IMG/VR virus record: IMGVR_UViG_3300035492_000055
Span: 1-39,455 of that record
DNA: 39,455 nucleotides
Origin: a virus
Lineage: Duplodnaviria > Caudoviricetes
Reading direction: 5' to 3' (one strand)
Shown one piece after another: positions 24,417 to 33,384 of this stretch. Within the stretch, counting starts at the first letter, position 1. The number at the start of each line of letters is the position of its first letter. Below the pieces are notes generated by a model. That model worked only from the letters and a program-made list of their open reading frames with translations, made no database searches and had not been told where the DNA came from. The translations under genes and the position numbers were made by a program.

Positions 24417-24457
24417 GCTCTCCCCTGCCGACAGGACGTCAGCGGGAAAGGGAGAGC
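24417..24457 (-). promoter_or_regulatory. Long bulged hairpin in capsid leader
   Basis: GCTCTCCC/GGGAGAGC outer stem and GCTGAC-GTCCT-GTCGGC inner stem. Confidence 0.55.
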
Positions 24458-24494
24458 GGGAGGGAGGGAGATTTAGTGCTTGGGGAGGTGGTTG

Positions 24495-25259
24495 TTACGC
24501 CAGAAAGATACCGGCGCGACGAGTGCGGGCCAGCTTGGCGGCAACTGATTGGCGGTAGGCTTCGTCAGTGCTGTAACGCGGGTCACGCATTGCTTCTTTC
24601 ATTTGAGCCTGAGACTCAAAGACGTCGGTTTGGACGGTCTGATTACCACGCAGGGTTTCACCGCCCAGGCTTCCGAAGTTCGCCTCGTAGCGAGCCTTCA
24701 CGCCTTCAAGTGCCAGGAGGTAACCTTCAAAGTCACCGGCAGCGACCAGACCATTGACGCGGTCGATAGTGGCCTCGTCCAGGTTCTGCCCGGCCCACTG
24801 CAGGATGGCCTGAAGGTTTTCTTCACCGCCTACCGCACCAGCAGCACGTTGACGGGTCAGCTCTGCTTGCGCCTGGATACCAGCCATGTGTGCTTCAACG
24901 ATGTTTCGGGGGATACCAGCTGCTTCAAGGGCGTCGATAGTGTCGTCGCTGAGGGTGCCAGTTTCGTAGAACTCGTCAGTCAGAGCGTCGAAGTCGATAC
25001 CTTCGGGTTCGTCTTGGCTAGACTCTTCCTCGTCGGCACCCTCCTCTTCGGCGTCATCGTGTTCGTTCTCTTCCTCAGTTTCGTCATCCTCGACGTCTTC
25101 GGGTTCCTCGTTGTCATTCACCTCGTCTTCTTCCGGGGTGACTACTTCATCGTCGTCTGTTTCGTTTGCACGAAGCTGCGCGGCTTTCTCCAGGACAGCC
25201 TGGACGTGCTCTGCATCTTCGACAGAGTCATCAGTACTCAGTACGGTAGTGTCGGTCAT
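24495..25259 (-). CDS. Capsid scaffolding protein (gp9-like)
   Basis: Very acidic; VGGEE..LQWA.QNL and AMRDPRY..DEAYR..V motifs. Confidence 0.93.
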   Translation of the reverse strand: MTDTTVLSTDDSVEDAEHVQAVLEKAAQLRANETDDDEVVTPEEDEVNDNEEPEDVEDDETEEENEHDDAEEEGADEEESSQDEPEGIDFDALTDEFYETGTLSDDTIDALEAAGIPRNIVEAHMAGIQAQAELTRQRAAGAVGGEENLQAILQWAGQNLDEATIDRVNGLVAAGDFEGYLLALEGVKARYEANFGSLGGETLRGNQTVQTDVFESQAQMKEAMRDPRYSTDEAYRQSVAAKLARTRRAGIFLA

Positions 25260-25262
25260 GTT

Positions 25263-26126
25263 TTACTCACCTTTGAGTTTGGTGTTGTAGCGGCGGCCTT
25301 CCCATTCAAAAGTGGCCTTGCCTTCCCGGCGGGCAGCAGCGAACGCGCGACGGAACGAAGCCGCCTGACTTGAGTTGCGCTGGTACACCGGGTAGTTGGC
25401 CTTACTGCCTGAAGAGGAAGACTGACGTTGTTGGGTGGAGTTGGAGGAGCTGCGCTGGGGAGCTGGTTTGCTCTCTTGGCGTTGGCTACTCTGTTGGGAT
25501 TGAGAGCGGTTTGATGTGCTGGAGCTGCTGTTGGAGCTGGAGCGGTTGCTGGAACCGCTTGAGGACTCGCTACGGGAACGACCATTGCGGCCTTCACTTC
25601 GGTTACCAGAAGCTCGGGCATTAGCAATCATCCGGTCAACTGCAGCCCCTGCAGACATCGCTGCGCCTGCCCCCATGAGGAACAGGGAGCCGGGACCACT
25701 ACCTGCTCGTGCGCCGGTACGCACGGTGTTACGGATAGCGTTACCAATGCGTGATAGGCGGGAGCCGGTACGGGCCTCAGCGGAGGCTTGGGAGCTGGAT
25801 GGACCGCTAACTCGTGGGTTTTCCGCTCGGTTTGCCCTGCCCATATCGCGCTCTGCACGACCAGCAGTACTACCGCTGCCGGAGGTCCGGGATTGTGATG
25901 GTGTGGAGTTATTGCGTCGTGACGGGGCACTATTACGGCCTCCGCTACGGCGCGGCGTTGAATCACCACCTGTACCTGCCGGGGGCTTACCAGAGCCTCC
26001 AGACTGCTGTCGAATCGAGCGTCTCAGGGACTCTCGACGTTCTGCTTGTGTCCGATTCAGACGACGCTTTCCACCTCGGGAGCGCGCTCGGTCCAGATCG
26101 GTCTGGTTACTGTTGTTTTTGGCCAT
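25263..26126 (-). CDS. Ser/Arg/Gly-rich basic disordered protein with folded C-terminal motif
   Basis: 287-aa ORF filling the portal-scaffold gap; ends SFRRAFAAARREGKATFEWEGRRYNT. Confidence 0.75.
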   Translation of the reverse strand: MAKNNSNQTDLDRARSRGGKRRLNRTQAERRESLRRSIRQQSGGSGKPPAGTGGDSTPRRSGGRNSAPSRRNNSTPSQSRTSGSGSTAGRAERDMGRANRAENPRVSGPSSSQASAEARTGSRLSRIGNAIRNTVRTGARAGSGPGSLFLMGAGAAMSAGAAVDRMIANARASGNRSEGRNGRSRSESSSGSSNRSSSNSSSSTSNRSQSQQSSQRQESKPAPQRSSSNSTQQRQSSSSGSKANYPVYQRNSSQAASFRRAFAAARREGKATFEWEGRRYNTKLKGE

Positions 26127-27675
26127 CGACCATTCCTTTAATGACGTGAGGAGCGGCCTTACCGGCCAAGTCCATCATCTGCTGTTGCTGCGCCTGCTGT
26201 TGCTGCTGTTGAGCCTCTTGCTGTTTCTGCTCAAGGGTCTTGATGAGTCCTGCCGTGTCGATTCCGAGGTTGGCACCTACGCGGGCGATGTAATCAGAGA
26301 GGTTCATTTCACGGGCCAAGGTTTCAGGCCCGAACGGCTCAAGCAGCTTGATGAAGTGCATGAGTTTGGTTAGCTCAGCGCCTCGGCCAAGTGCCTCGAT
26401 GCCGGTGGTGATTTGCAGCTTGACGCGATTACCGGGGAGGTTCGGGATGCGGTTGGTTCGCTGCAGCTCGTTGAGCATCAGCGTGACAAGGGGTTTCTGC
26501 AGTTCAACTGAGAGGACCGAGTAGAGACCGCCGAGAGCTGTCTCAAGCTCTTGGGCCATGAACCGGATTTCCTCAGCAGTGACTCGCTCCCCGTCGCGTT
26601 GGACGGAAGAGTTCATCAGGAACGAAGCAGCCAGTCGGGCTTCCATCTCCGCCATCAATTCTTTGGCGACACGGAAGTCGGCGTACTTGTTCATCTGTAG
26701 GATGGTGACGTCATTGGCATCACCGGAGATGATTGCCCCGTTCTGGGCGTCCCGGACTTCTTTGACCTTGGTGCTGCCATTAGGGCGGACCAGGAGCAGA
26801 ATCTTGGCTGCTGCAGCAGAGCCTTGGACGATTGCCTTGGTGAGGGTCTCCAGAGACCGGAGGTCGCCGTAGTACTCCTCGACCAGACCACGTCCGTAGT
26901 CTTCGCCTTGCACCCGGTTAAAACGCAGTGGGAGCCAAGGACATTTGTCCTTCGGGTATGTCTTGGTGGAGTCTGGAACAACGACACCACCGACTTCTTG
27001 GTAGGATTTCCACCGGTTCCCGACCAACTGCATGTGGGTGTAAAGGTCGAGGGTCTTCTTGGTTTCAAGAGACTCGACCGGTTGGCCTGCGTCTACTTGT
27101 GACTCCCGGAGTGCTTCCAGGAAGCCTTCAGGTAGAGCTGCGGGGGCAACTGTTTCATGGGTAATCATCTCAAGGACGTTATCCATGGGGTCACGCTTGA
27201 CCACATATCGGTCCAAGCGAAATACGCGGGGCGGTCCATCTTGTTCCCAGACCAGCAGCGCGTTGCCGCCAATCAGCAACATTCGCAGCCCTTCATAGAC
27301 GCTCACTCGGAGCGCCTTGGTTTCCAGCTCGTCCAAGACTGTGCGTTCGATGACGGCCAGCCCCTCCTCGACCTTACCCTTCTCCTTCTCGCTGCCGATG
27401 GCACGGATGTCAGCATCAGACAGCTTGAGACGGAAGAAGGGCGCGTTGGCCGGGAGTTGGGACATCAGCAGTTTGGAGCTGAGGGAGTTGACCCCCCGTG
27501 CTCCGATGCTCTGGTAGGGGGTCTTGAACGACGTGCTGGAGGTCTCTGTCTCATGCTCTGGGAACAGGTGAGGCAGAGTCAGCTCAGCGCACTTACGCGC
27601 TCTGTCGATGAAGGGTTGTCGTGCTGCTTTGAGGGATTCATACCGCCCCCTTGCTTTCGAGGGGGGTAGAACCAT
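26107..27675 (-). CDS. Portal / head-tail connector (gp8-like)
   Basis: YQSIGARGVNSLSSKL, GEDYGRG, GERVTAEEIR, TGIEALGR. Confidence 0.97.
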   Translation of the reverse strand: MVLPPSKARGRYESLKAARQPFIDRARKCAELTLPHLFPEHETETSSTSFKTPYQSIGARGVNSLSSKLLMSQLPANAPFFRLKLSDADIRAIGSEKEKGKVEEGLAVIERTVLDELETKALRVSVYEGLRMLLIGGNALLVWEQDGPPRVFRLDRYVVKRDPMDNVLEMITHETVAPAALPEGFLEALRESQVDAGQPVESLETKKTLDLYTHMQLVGNRWKSYQEVGGVVVPDSTKTYPKDKCPWLPLRFNRVQGEDYGRGLVEEYYGDLRSLETLTKAIVQGSAAAAKILLLVRPNGSTKVKEVRDAQNGAIISGDANDVTILQMNKYADFRVAKELMAEMEARLAASFLMNSSVQRDGERVTAEEIRFMAQELETALGGLYSVLSVELQKPLVTLMLNELQRTNRIPNLPGNRVKLQITTGIEALGRGAELTKLMHFIKLLEPFGPETLAREMNLSDYIARVGANLGIDTAGLIKTLEQKQQEAQQQQQQAQQQQMMDLAGKAAPHVIKGMVDGQKQQ

Positions 27676-27678
27676 GGG

Positions 27679-27891
27679 TTATCCTTTGGGGATTGAGAGG
27701 CCAGCGCCTACACCAGCACCACCGATGCCTGTCTGTCGTTGGATACGAAGGGTGCTTCGGCCAGTCTTCTTCCGGTCAGTCGAAGAGGTGCGGCTGGGGC
27801 CGGTATCAAGCTCTGCAGGTTTCTCAGGGGCTGGAGCCGGAGGCGGCGGAGGCGGCGGCGGTGCTGGGGCTTTAGGTTTGGAGGTACACAT
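27679..27891 (-). CDS. Small Pro-rich virion protein (gp6.7/7.3-like)
   Basis: MC..KPK, poly-Pro, GRSTLRI, GAGLSIP; position before portal. Confidence 0.75.
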   Translation of the reverse strand: MCTSKPKAPAPPPPPPPPAPAPEKPAELDTGPSRTSSTDRKKTGRSTLRIQRQTGIGGAGVGAGLSIPKG

Positions 27892-27894
27892 AGG

Positions 27895-28098
27895 TCACTC
27901 TGAGTTCAGGACTTTGAAGTACTCCTCCCCTTCCTGCTCTTGGCGGTACAGCTCATGGAGCAGCTTCTCCACGACAGATCGAGCACCGCTGTTGTAGCGG
28001 ATGGTCTCAATCGAGTCAGTCGGTCTGGGGTTCTGCAGGGGGAAGAGTCGGTCGAGTTCTTGGATGAGGTTTTTGTGCTGCCGGAGGTCGACGTTCAT
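27895..28098 (-). CDS. Conserved small protein, first late gene
   Basis: ELDRLFP...IRYNSGARSVVEKL pattern seen ahead of portal in T7-like phages. Confidence 0.7.
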   Translation of the reverse strand: MNVDLRQHKNLIQELDRLFPLQNPRPTDSIETIRYNSGARSVVEKLLHELYRQEQEGEEYFKVLNSE

Positions 28099-28131
28099 AG
28101 GTAACCTTTCGGACCTGCTTTTCAGGTATAG

Positions 28132-28149
28132 CTAGGACTGGGGGTAATT
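28132..28149 (-). promoter_or_regulatory. Phage RNAP promoter, late (phi6.5-like position)
   Basis: AATTACCCCCAGTCCTAG. Confidence 0.8.
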
Positions 28150-28385
28150 CAGTGGGCGTTCTTGGCTGCCAGCCTACTAGCCTCAGCCAGGATGTCACTG
28201 GAGAAGTCCAAGACTTCACCATCTTCGTCTTTGAACTTGGCTATCCCGATAAACAACTCGACGGTGCCTACCCCAGGTTTGCTCATGGACAGAATAACTG
28301 GGCCTTGGTTTTCGGCGCATTTCGCAGTCACTTCGTCCAAGAAGTCGGATACTTCACGGCTTGTTTCTTTTGCAGCTTCACTCAT
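28149..28385 (-). CDS. Hypothetical protein
   Basis: 78 aa, ATGA-coupled to MazG, RBS AGGAG. Confidence 0.65.
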   Translation of the reverse strand: MSEAAKETSREVSDFLDEVTAKCAENQGPVILSMSKPGVGTVELFIGIAKFKDEDGEVLDFSSDILAEASRLAAKNAH

Positions 28386-28711
28386 CGGTTATCTCCTGAG
28401 CCTTTGATTACGTCCCGCTCTTGGCGGTCCTTCAGTTTCTTGATGTTCATTTCAGCGACGTCCTGCAGGGACATCTCCAGTTCTTCAAGGCAAGCTGTGA
28501 GCATCCACAGGACGTCACCGGCTTCCTTCATCACCTGCTCGCGGATGGCCTCTCGGGAGCCGAAGCGTTCCAGCAGGTTGTCGCCACGGAGGGATTTGGC
28601 GGGGATGTCGAGAAACTCCCCTACTTCGCCCGGGAGACCCACGAACGGGTAGGTCTCCTCTTCGTACACGGCGAACTGTTTTGCTTGGGCTTGGTATTCA
28701 GCGAAGTTCAT
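28382..28711 (-). CDS. MazG-like nucleotide pyrophosphohydrolase
   Basis: GLPGEVGE, KEAGDVLW, NIKKLKDR, GSGDNR. Confidence 0.9.
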   Translation of the reverse strand: MNFAEYQAQAKQFAVYEEETYPFVGLPGEVGEFLDIPAKSLRGDNLLERFGSREAIREQVMKEAGDVLWMLTACLEELEMSLQDVAEMNIKKLKDRQERDVIKGSGDNR

Positions 28712-28875
28712 TGGCCACCCACCATCTTTGCAATGAGGATTGCGGTCGTGACGATTTCGCTGGCGACCAGGAAGCACAGCATGGTCAGACTCAGCTTCCG
28801 CCAGTAGTAATCGCTCAGGTCCAGGCGGCGCGGCGGGCAGTTCTTGCTTGAGCGTTTCAGTTCAGATGCTTTCAC
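28708..28875 (-). CDS. Small single-TM membrane protein
   Basis: GGAGG RBS with GTG at 28875; hydrophobic LSLTMLCFLVASEIVTTAILIA; ATGA-coupled to MazG. Confidence 0.5.
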   Translation of the reverse strand: MKASELKRSSKNCPPRRLDLSDYYWRKLSLTMLCFLVASEIVTTAILIAKMVGGQ

Positions 28876-29419
28876 GTTTGATGTCCTCCAGACAGTCGAA
28901 GGCGTACAGCGCCAGGATTGCGTAGTGAGCAATTTTCAGGATGTCCTTACGGTTCAACCCGTCCTTCTCACCGAAGCGGTCGGCGTACTTGATGATGTTG
29001 CTTAGGGTGAAGTGCAGGCCGCGTATGGGACGCTTGGTGATTAGCTCAAAGGTCTGTGTGCCCTGCTTTGCATAGTGCTCGCTGTAGGTCTTTGCGATGT
29101 ACTCAGACAGCTCGTTGATGTATTCCTGCTCATCGAAGTCGCCACGGAAGTTGTTGGTTTCTGCCAGCTCATCGACGACGAAGTCCGCAGCCAGACCCTG
29201 GATTTCCTCTTGCAGGGCGGTGTTGCTGCCTACCTTCTGGAAGTGGCTGTGGTGCCAGCGTGAGCCATCGGACAGGATGAGGCTCTCCCGGTCGAAGCCG
29301 AGTACCGTCACGTTCTCAGTCGGAGGACATTCAAAGCCTTCGGCGTGGGCAATCTGGATGGATGCGTCAGTGGCTGTCACGATGTCGTACAGCTTGAATC
29401 GCTGCTTGGCGGTTGCCAT
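28862..29419 (-). CDS. DUF3310 / gp1.7-like protein with N-terminal extra domain
   Basis: TYSEHY...F..SNIIKYADRFGEKDG...DILKIAHY. Confidence 0.65.
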   Translation of the reverse strand: MATAKQRFKLYDIVTATDASIQIAHAEGFECPPTENVTVLGFDRESLILSDGSRWHHSHFQKVGSNTALQEEIQGLAADFVVDELAETNNFRGDFDEQEYINELSEYIAKTYSEHYAKQGTQTFELITKRPIRGLHFTLSNIIKYADRFGEKDGLNRKDILKIAHYAILALYAFDCLEDIKRESI

Positions 29420-30240
29420 AGGATTGGTTCCTTTTTCTTGAAGTCGTAATCAGAGGCGTGAAGGATGCGAGCGCATCGGGCCTGGGTGATGGCGTCCTCT
29501 TCGGTGAGGCCCGCCTTGACGTACTGCGCAACGATGGCTTCCCAGACGCTGCCCACCTCACACTTACGCCAGCGCATCTCGGTCTGGTCCTTGCGGGGGC
29601 CGGACTTGAAGGTGTGCTCGTACTGCTCCCAGCCGTAGGGTTCGGCCAGCAATGCTTTGGCGGTTTCGGCACCGATGCCCGGACAGCCGGGGTAGCCGTC
29701 GGTCATGTCGCCTGTGAGGGTCTGTTCCAGGAAGTAGCGGTAAGCCTCGTCGGGGTCGTTGAGGTATGGCTCATCGTCCTTGGCCGGGTTGAACAGCCAA
29801 GCCCCTTGGATGGTCTTGAGGTCTTTGTCTTCGGAGACGATGACCTTCTTCATTCCCGGCTTGAACTTGCGCCATGTGGCCAGGATGCCGAGCACGTCGT
29901 CGGCTTCCAGGTTCGGTCGGGTGAAGGTCTCGTAGGTTTCTTTGCAGTGGTCCACCAGTGCTCGGTAGGCCAGCGGCTTGCGGGTATCTTTGCGGTTCGT
30001 CTTGTACTGGGGGTAAACCGATTTGCGGAAGTTCTCGCCATCGGTGAAGCAAAGGACGACCTCGGAGGCATCCAGCTTTTCCATGAGGTATTCCACTTCG
30101 GCTTCAAGCCGTTGGACTGCCTCTTGGTGGTCTGAATGTAGGGTCCAGAGGTCGTCGCCCCAGTCAATCTCACGCTCAACAGCAGCGCAGATTTGGAAGC
30201 AAAAGATGTCCGCGTCCAGGAGGAGGACGGTATTGGACAT
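29377..30240 (-). CDS. 5'-3' exonuclease (gp6-like)
   Basis: LLDAD, NFRK..YPQYK.NR, LEADD, SEDKDL, GD.TDGYPGCPGIG. Confidence 0.95.
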   Translation of the reverse strand: MSNTVLLLDADIFCFQICAAVEREIDWGDDLWTLHSDHQEAVQRLEAEVEYLMEKLDASEVVLCFTDGENFRKSVYPQYKTNRKDTRKPLAYRALVDHCKETYETFTRPNLEADDVLGILATWRKFKPGMKKVIVSEDKDLKTIQGAWLFNPAKDDEPYLNDPDEAYRYFLEQTLTGDMTDGYPGCPGIGAETAKALLAEPYGWEQYEHTFKSGPRKDQTEMRWRKCEVGSVWEAIVAQYVKAGLTEEDAITQARCARILHASDYDFKKKEPILWQPPSSDSSCTTS

Positions 30241-30258
30241 GGTTAGATTTCTCGGTTG

Positions 30259-32136
30259 TTACTGGACTTCGCAGGCACCGCCAGCACATGCGGCCTCACC
30301 CCGGAGGTCGGTGTTATCCTCCTCCTCTACCACGCGGGTCAGGTCGATGCTGTTCAGGGATGCCTCCATGGACAGGTACTGCTCTTCGGAGATGTCCTCA
30401 AACGGCGCTTGGATGTAGGTGCCGCCGTCATAGGGCAGAACACTGATGCCGTTGAAGTTGTCGCGGTTCTCCCACATCCAGCGGCCAACATCGCCCCACT
30501 CGGAGTCCTTGACCGAGATGGTGCAGGAGACGTTGTGGCTGTTCTGGCCGTTGCGGTGGCCGGTACGGACCCACTCAGTATTGAAGCGGCGAACCCGCTC
30601 CAGCAGCTCCATGGGACTTTCGTGGCGCAGGATGGAACCTTCAGGTGCCTTCTGGGGAATCTCGATGACAGCCTGCTCGGTCGGACGGAAGTACTCATCA
30701 GCGACCAGCTCCGGGTGGTTCTCAGCCAGATACCGATAGATGGCCTCGTTCTTACCGACGCGGATACGACGGATGTAGTGGTCGTTGTGCCATGCGTGGA
30801 TACCGCTCGATGACCCAAGGACCAGCGATGAGGTGCCTGCCGGTTTGACTGTGGTTGTCCGGGCGGCAGCAGGGATGCCGATGAGCGCGGCTACTCGGGC
30901 GTTCTCCGCTTTCACTGCCTCGGCAGCTTCGGCAAGGTCAAACGCCAGCACTGCACCAGAGCCGATGCCAGTCATGCCCACGCCAATGAGGGAGTCCTTG
31001 ATGGTGGTCTCACGCCAGATGTCGCGCAGGTAGTGGAAGTCGGTGTAGCCAGCCTGCAGGGTGCCGATGAAGGCCGCTGCTTTGGCGCGTTCGTTGAGGT
31101 CTTCCTGGGAGGTGACGTCGCTGGCGTTCAGCTCGGTTAGGTTACAGAACTGGAACGGACGCAGGCCAATCTCACAGCAGGGGTTGGTCCCCCAATCCTT
31201 GTCGTTGGTGAAGTACACCCCAGGCTCGCCGGAGCCACTGTCGATGACCTTCTGCCACAGATCGAAGAACACTTCCTCGGTGACTGCGTGACGCAGGATG
31301 ACGGCTGAGTTGTTGGCTCGACCACGCTGAGGATTGTGTACCCACCACTCACCGTGCTTGCAGGTCAGCATCTCTTCATCGTCCATAGAGAACAGACTGA
31401 TGAGAGCTGCACGGCGGATACCACCGGCCAGTACGGCGTCAGCAACAAAGCACATGGCGTCATGCACTTCGATCGGTGACAGATGGGTGCCACGGCCTCG
31501 GCTCTGGAGCGCCTGCTCAAAGAGGCCCGTCAGGTTAGCCAGACAGGTACGCAGAGGTGCAGGGCCAGGGGCTTTGCCGCCGGAGGTGACCAGCTCGGCA
31601 CCTTTCGGCCTGATGTCAGAGAAGTCGAAGTCAGGCTGCGGCTTACCGTAGAAGTACGCCTCACAGAGAACCTTAACGGCGTCTGCCCAGCCCTCGATGC
31701 TGTCACCGATGAGGAAACGTCGGCGGCGGTTCAGCGGGCCTACTATGGGCGGCAGCTTGGCGACGTGATGACGCTGGACTGAGTAGCCAACGCCAGTGCC
31801 GCCGAGGAGTAGGAACATGGCCTCGGAAAACGCGACCGGGTCATCAGCAGGCAGGTAGGCGCAGTTGAAGACTCGGTTGGGTGACCGGAGGATGGGTTCA
31901 CCACCGAACTGCAGGCTTCGCATGGACGGCAGGACTTTCTTGGTGAATACGAAGCGTCGATAGACGTCTTTGATTTGGTCTTTCAGGTCGGGATAGCGGC
32001 GTATGTGCATTGCCATGTTCCGCTCGACAATCTCCTCCCACGTTTCACGCCGGTTCAGCTCGCGGACGTGCTTGGCGTACTTCATGTGGACGGTGAGGTC
32101 AGAGAGGATTTCCACGGACTTGGGTTTGTTGAGCAT
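30259..32136 (-). CDS. nrdJ: Class II (AdoCbl-dependent) ribonucleotide reductase
   Basis: RRETW, PSMRSL, FNCA, GGIRRAALI, TNPCCEI, TVKPAGT, C-terminal CAGGAC; no NrdB partner. Confidence 0.9.
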   Translation of the reverse strand: MLNKPKSVEILSDLTVHMKYAKHVRELNRRETWEEIVERNMAMHIRRYPDLKDQIKDVYRRFVFTKKVLPSMRSLQFGGEPILRSPNRVFNCAYLPADDPVAFSEAMFLLLGGTGVGYSVQRHHVAKLPPIVGPLNRRRRFLIGDSIEGWADAVKVLCEAYFYGKPQPDFDFSDIRPKGAELVTSGGKAPGPAPLRTCLANLTGLFEQALQSRGRGTHLSPIEVHDAMCFVADAVLAGGIRRAALISLFSMDDEEMLTCKHGEWWVHNPQRGRANNSAVILRHAVTEEVFFDLWQKVIDSGSGEPGVYFTNDKDWGTNPCCEIGLRPFQFCNLTELNASDVTSQEDLNERAKAAAFIGTLQAGYTDFHYLRDIWRETTIKDSLIGVGMTGIGSGAVLAFDLAEAAEAVKAENARVAALIGIPAAARTTTVKPAGTSSLVLGSSSGIHAWHNDHYIRRIRVGKNEAIYRYLAENHPELVADEYFRPTEQAVIEIPQKAPEGSILRHESPMELLERVRRFNTEWVRTGHRNGQNSHNVSCTISVKDSEWGDVGRWMWENRDNFNGISVLPYDGGTYIQAPFEDISEEQYLSMEASLNSIDLTRVVEEEDNTDLRGEAACAGGACEVQ

Positions 32137-32139
32137 GTA

Positions 32140-32835
32140 TCAGAATCGTGCGGTTAGTGCTTCCCAGCTGATAGGAAACAGGGGGTTGATGATGGCTCCG
32201 ATCTCCTCAGCCAGGTCTTGGATTTCCTGCTGTGCGTGAGGGTCGGTGCGTTGGTTGTAGAAGCGGGCGTAGGCTGCGAGGTTGCCGGTCCAAATCCAGT
32301 TCACCTGGACGCCCTGTGGGAGGATGAAACGGGCCTGCTCGGGGCAGACTTCGTCTTCAATCATCTCCATGTACAGGTCGATGGCGTTCTGGCAGTGCTC
32401 GACGTACAGCCCCTTCCAGGGTTCGCTCATGGGGTGGATGTCCCCACTGCCCTGCTTCACACTGCCCTCAGGTTTCAGCCGGAAGTTCTCCGGTACGAAC
32501 AGCTCAGGGCGTGTAGCGATGTAGCGGCGGGACTCTTCGTTCTCGACGAAGCCAGCCTTGTGCTTGAAGCATTGGGTGCGGATGGGGACCGGGGCAGTCA
32601 CCCGCAGCTTGATTGCGGTGTGAGCGAATGGGGTCCAGTGGTTGTGATTGGCGAGGTACTCGATGAGGCGCTCATCCCGGACGCTCAGGACACGTCGTGC
32701 ATCCGGGTGGCTGGGACTTACCTCACTCCCAGCCGGACCCTCATAGAGCCACTCGCTGCCTTTGTTGAAGCTGACCCGGGCCGCGTTGACTACGGACAGG
32801 TCATCGCCCATGTGGTCGAGGTAGACAGCTTTCAT
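32140..32835 (-). CDS. thyX: Flavin-dependent thymidylate synthase
   Basis: VVNAARVSF, HWTPF, KHK..NEESRRY, PEQARFILP, HAQQEI. Confidence 0.93.
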   Translation of the reverse strand: MKAVYLDHMGDDLSVVNAARVSFNKGSEWLYEGPAGSEVSPSHPDARRVLSVRDERLIEYLANHNHWTPFAHTAIKLRVTAPVPIRTQCFKHKAGFVENEESRRYIATRPELFVPENFRLKPEGSVKQGSGDIHPMSEPWKGLYVEHCQNAIDLYMEMIEDEVCPEQARFILPQGVQVNWIWTGNLAAYARFYNQRTDPHAQQEIQDLAEEIGAIINPLFPISWEALTARF

Positions 32836-33077
32836 CAGAACTCTGTCTCCTCACGTTTCACACGGATGCCCTTGTACAGGCCGACGATGTCCTCGCCCTC
32901 GTGGGGAACGGCAGACACGCGGTAACGCAGCAGTCCTACCCTTTTGATTTCCCGGTCGAACTGCTCGACCTCTTTGGGGTTCAGCTCGATGTACTCGATG
33001 TCCTTGCCTTGGCGAGCCGCCTGGAGGATGGCGTCGTCAATCTTCTGGAGGATTGGCTTGGTGTACACGACCTTCAT
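32835..33077 (-). CDS. Hypothetical protein
   Basis: 80 aa, translationally coupled on both sides. Confidence 0.7.
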   Translation of the reverse strand: MKVVYTKPILQKIDDAILQAARQGKDIEYIELNPKEVEQFDREIKRVGLLRYRVSAVPHEGEDIVGLYKGIRVKREETEF

Positions 33078-33370
33078 TCCGCCTTCTCCTCTGCGTCAGA
33101 AGCCTCGGCGGCATCGCTCACCATGGACCCAAACAGGAACCCCAGGACGCCCCATGTGGCGGCGTTGGAGGTTGCAGCAGAGGCGGCGGCGTTGGAGGAA
33201 GCGGTGTTCACTCGCGGGACTACTGCAGGACGGGGTGTCGGGGCCGGTGCAACACGAACAACAGGGGCAACGCGGACCGAAGGAACGACCACGGTGCGGG
33301 CTTGGGCATGGGTGGCTACGGCAGTGGAAGCGGCCACTGCCACAAGCAAAGCGAGGGCTTTGAGTTTCAT
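33074..33370 (-). CDS. Exported or membrane low-complexity protein
   Basis: Signal peptide MKLKALALLVAVAAS...AQA, Pro/Val/Arg tract, WGVLGFLFG segment. Confidence 0.65.
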   Translation of the reverse strand: MKLKALALLVAVAASTAVATHAQARTVVVPSVRVAPVVRVAPAPTPRPAVVPRVNTASSNAAASAATSNAATWGVLGFLFGSMVSDAAEASDAEEKAE

Positions 33371-33384
33371 GGTAGGTCTCTCTT

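Noticed and set aside
24425-24445. CsrA-like GAC-AGGAC-GTC loop
   Set aside because: GGA is on the non-transcribed plus strand, and G-U pairing favours the minus-strand fold
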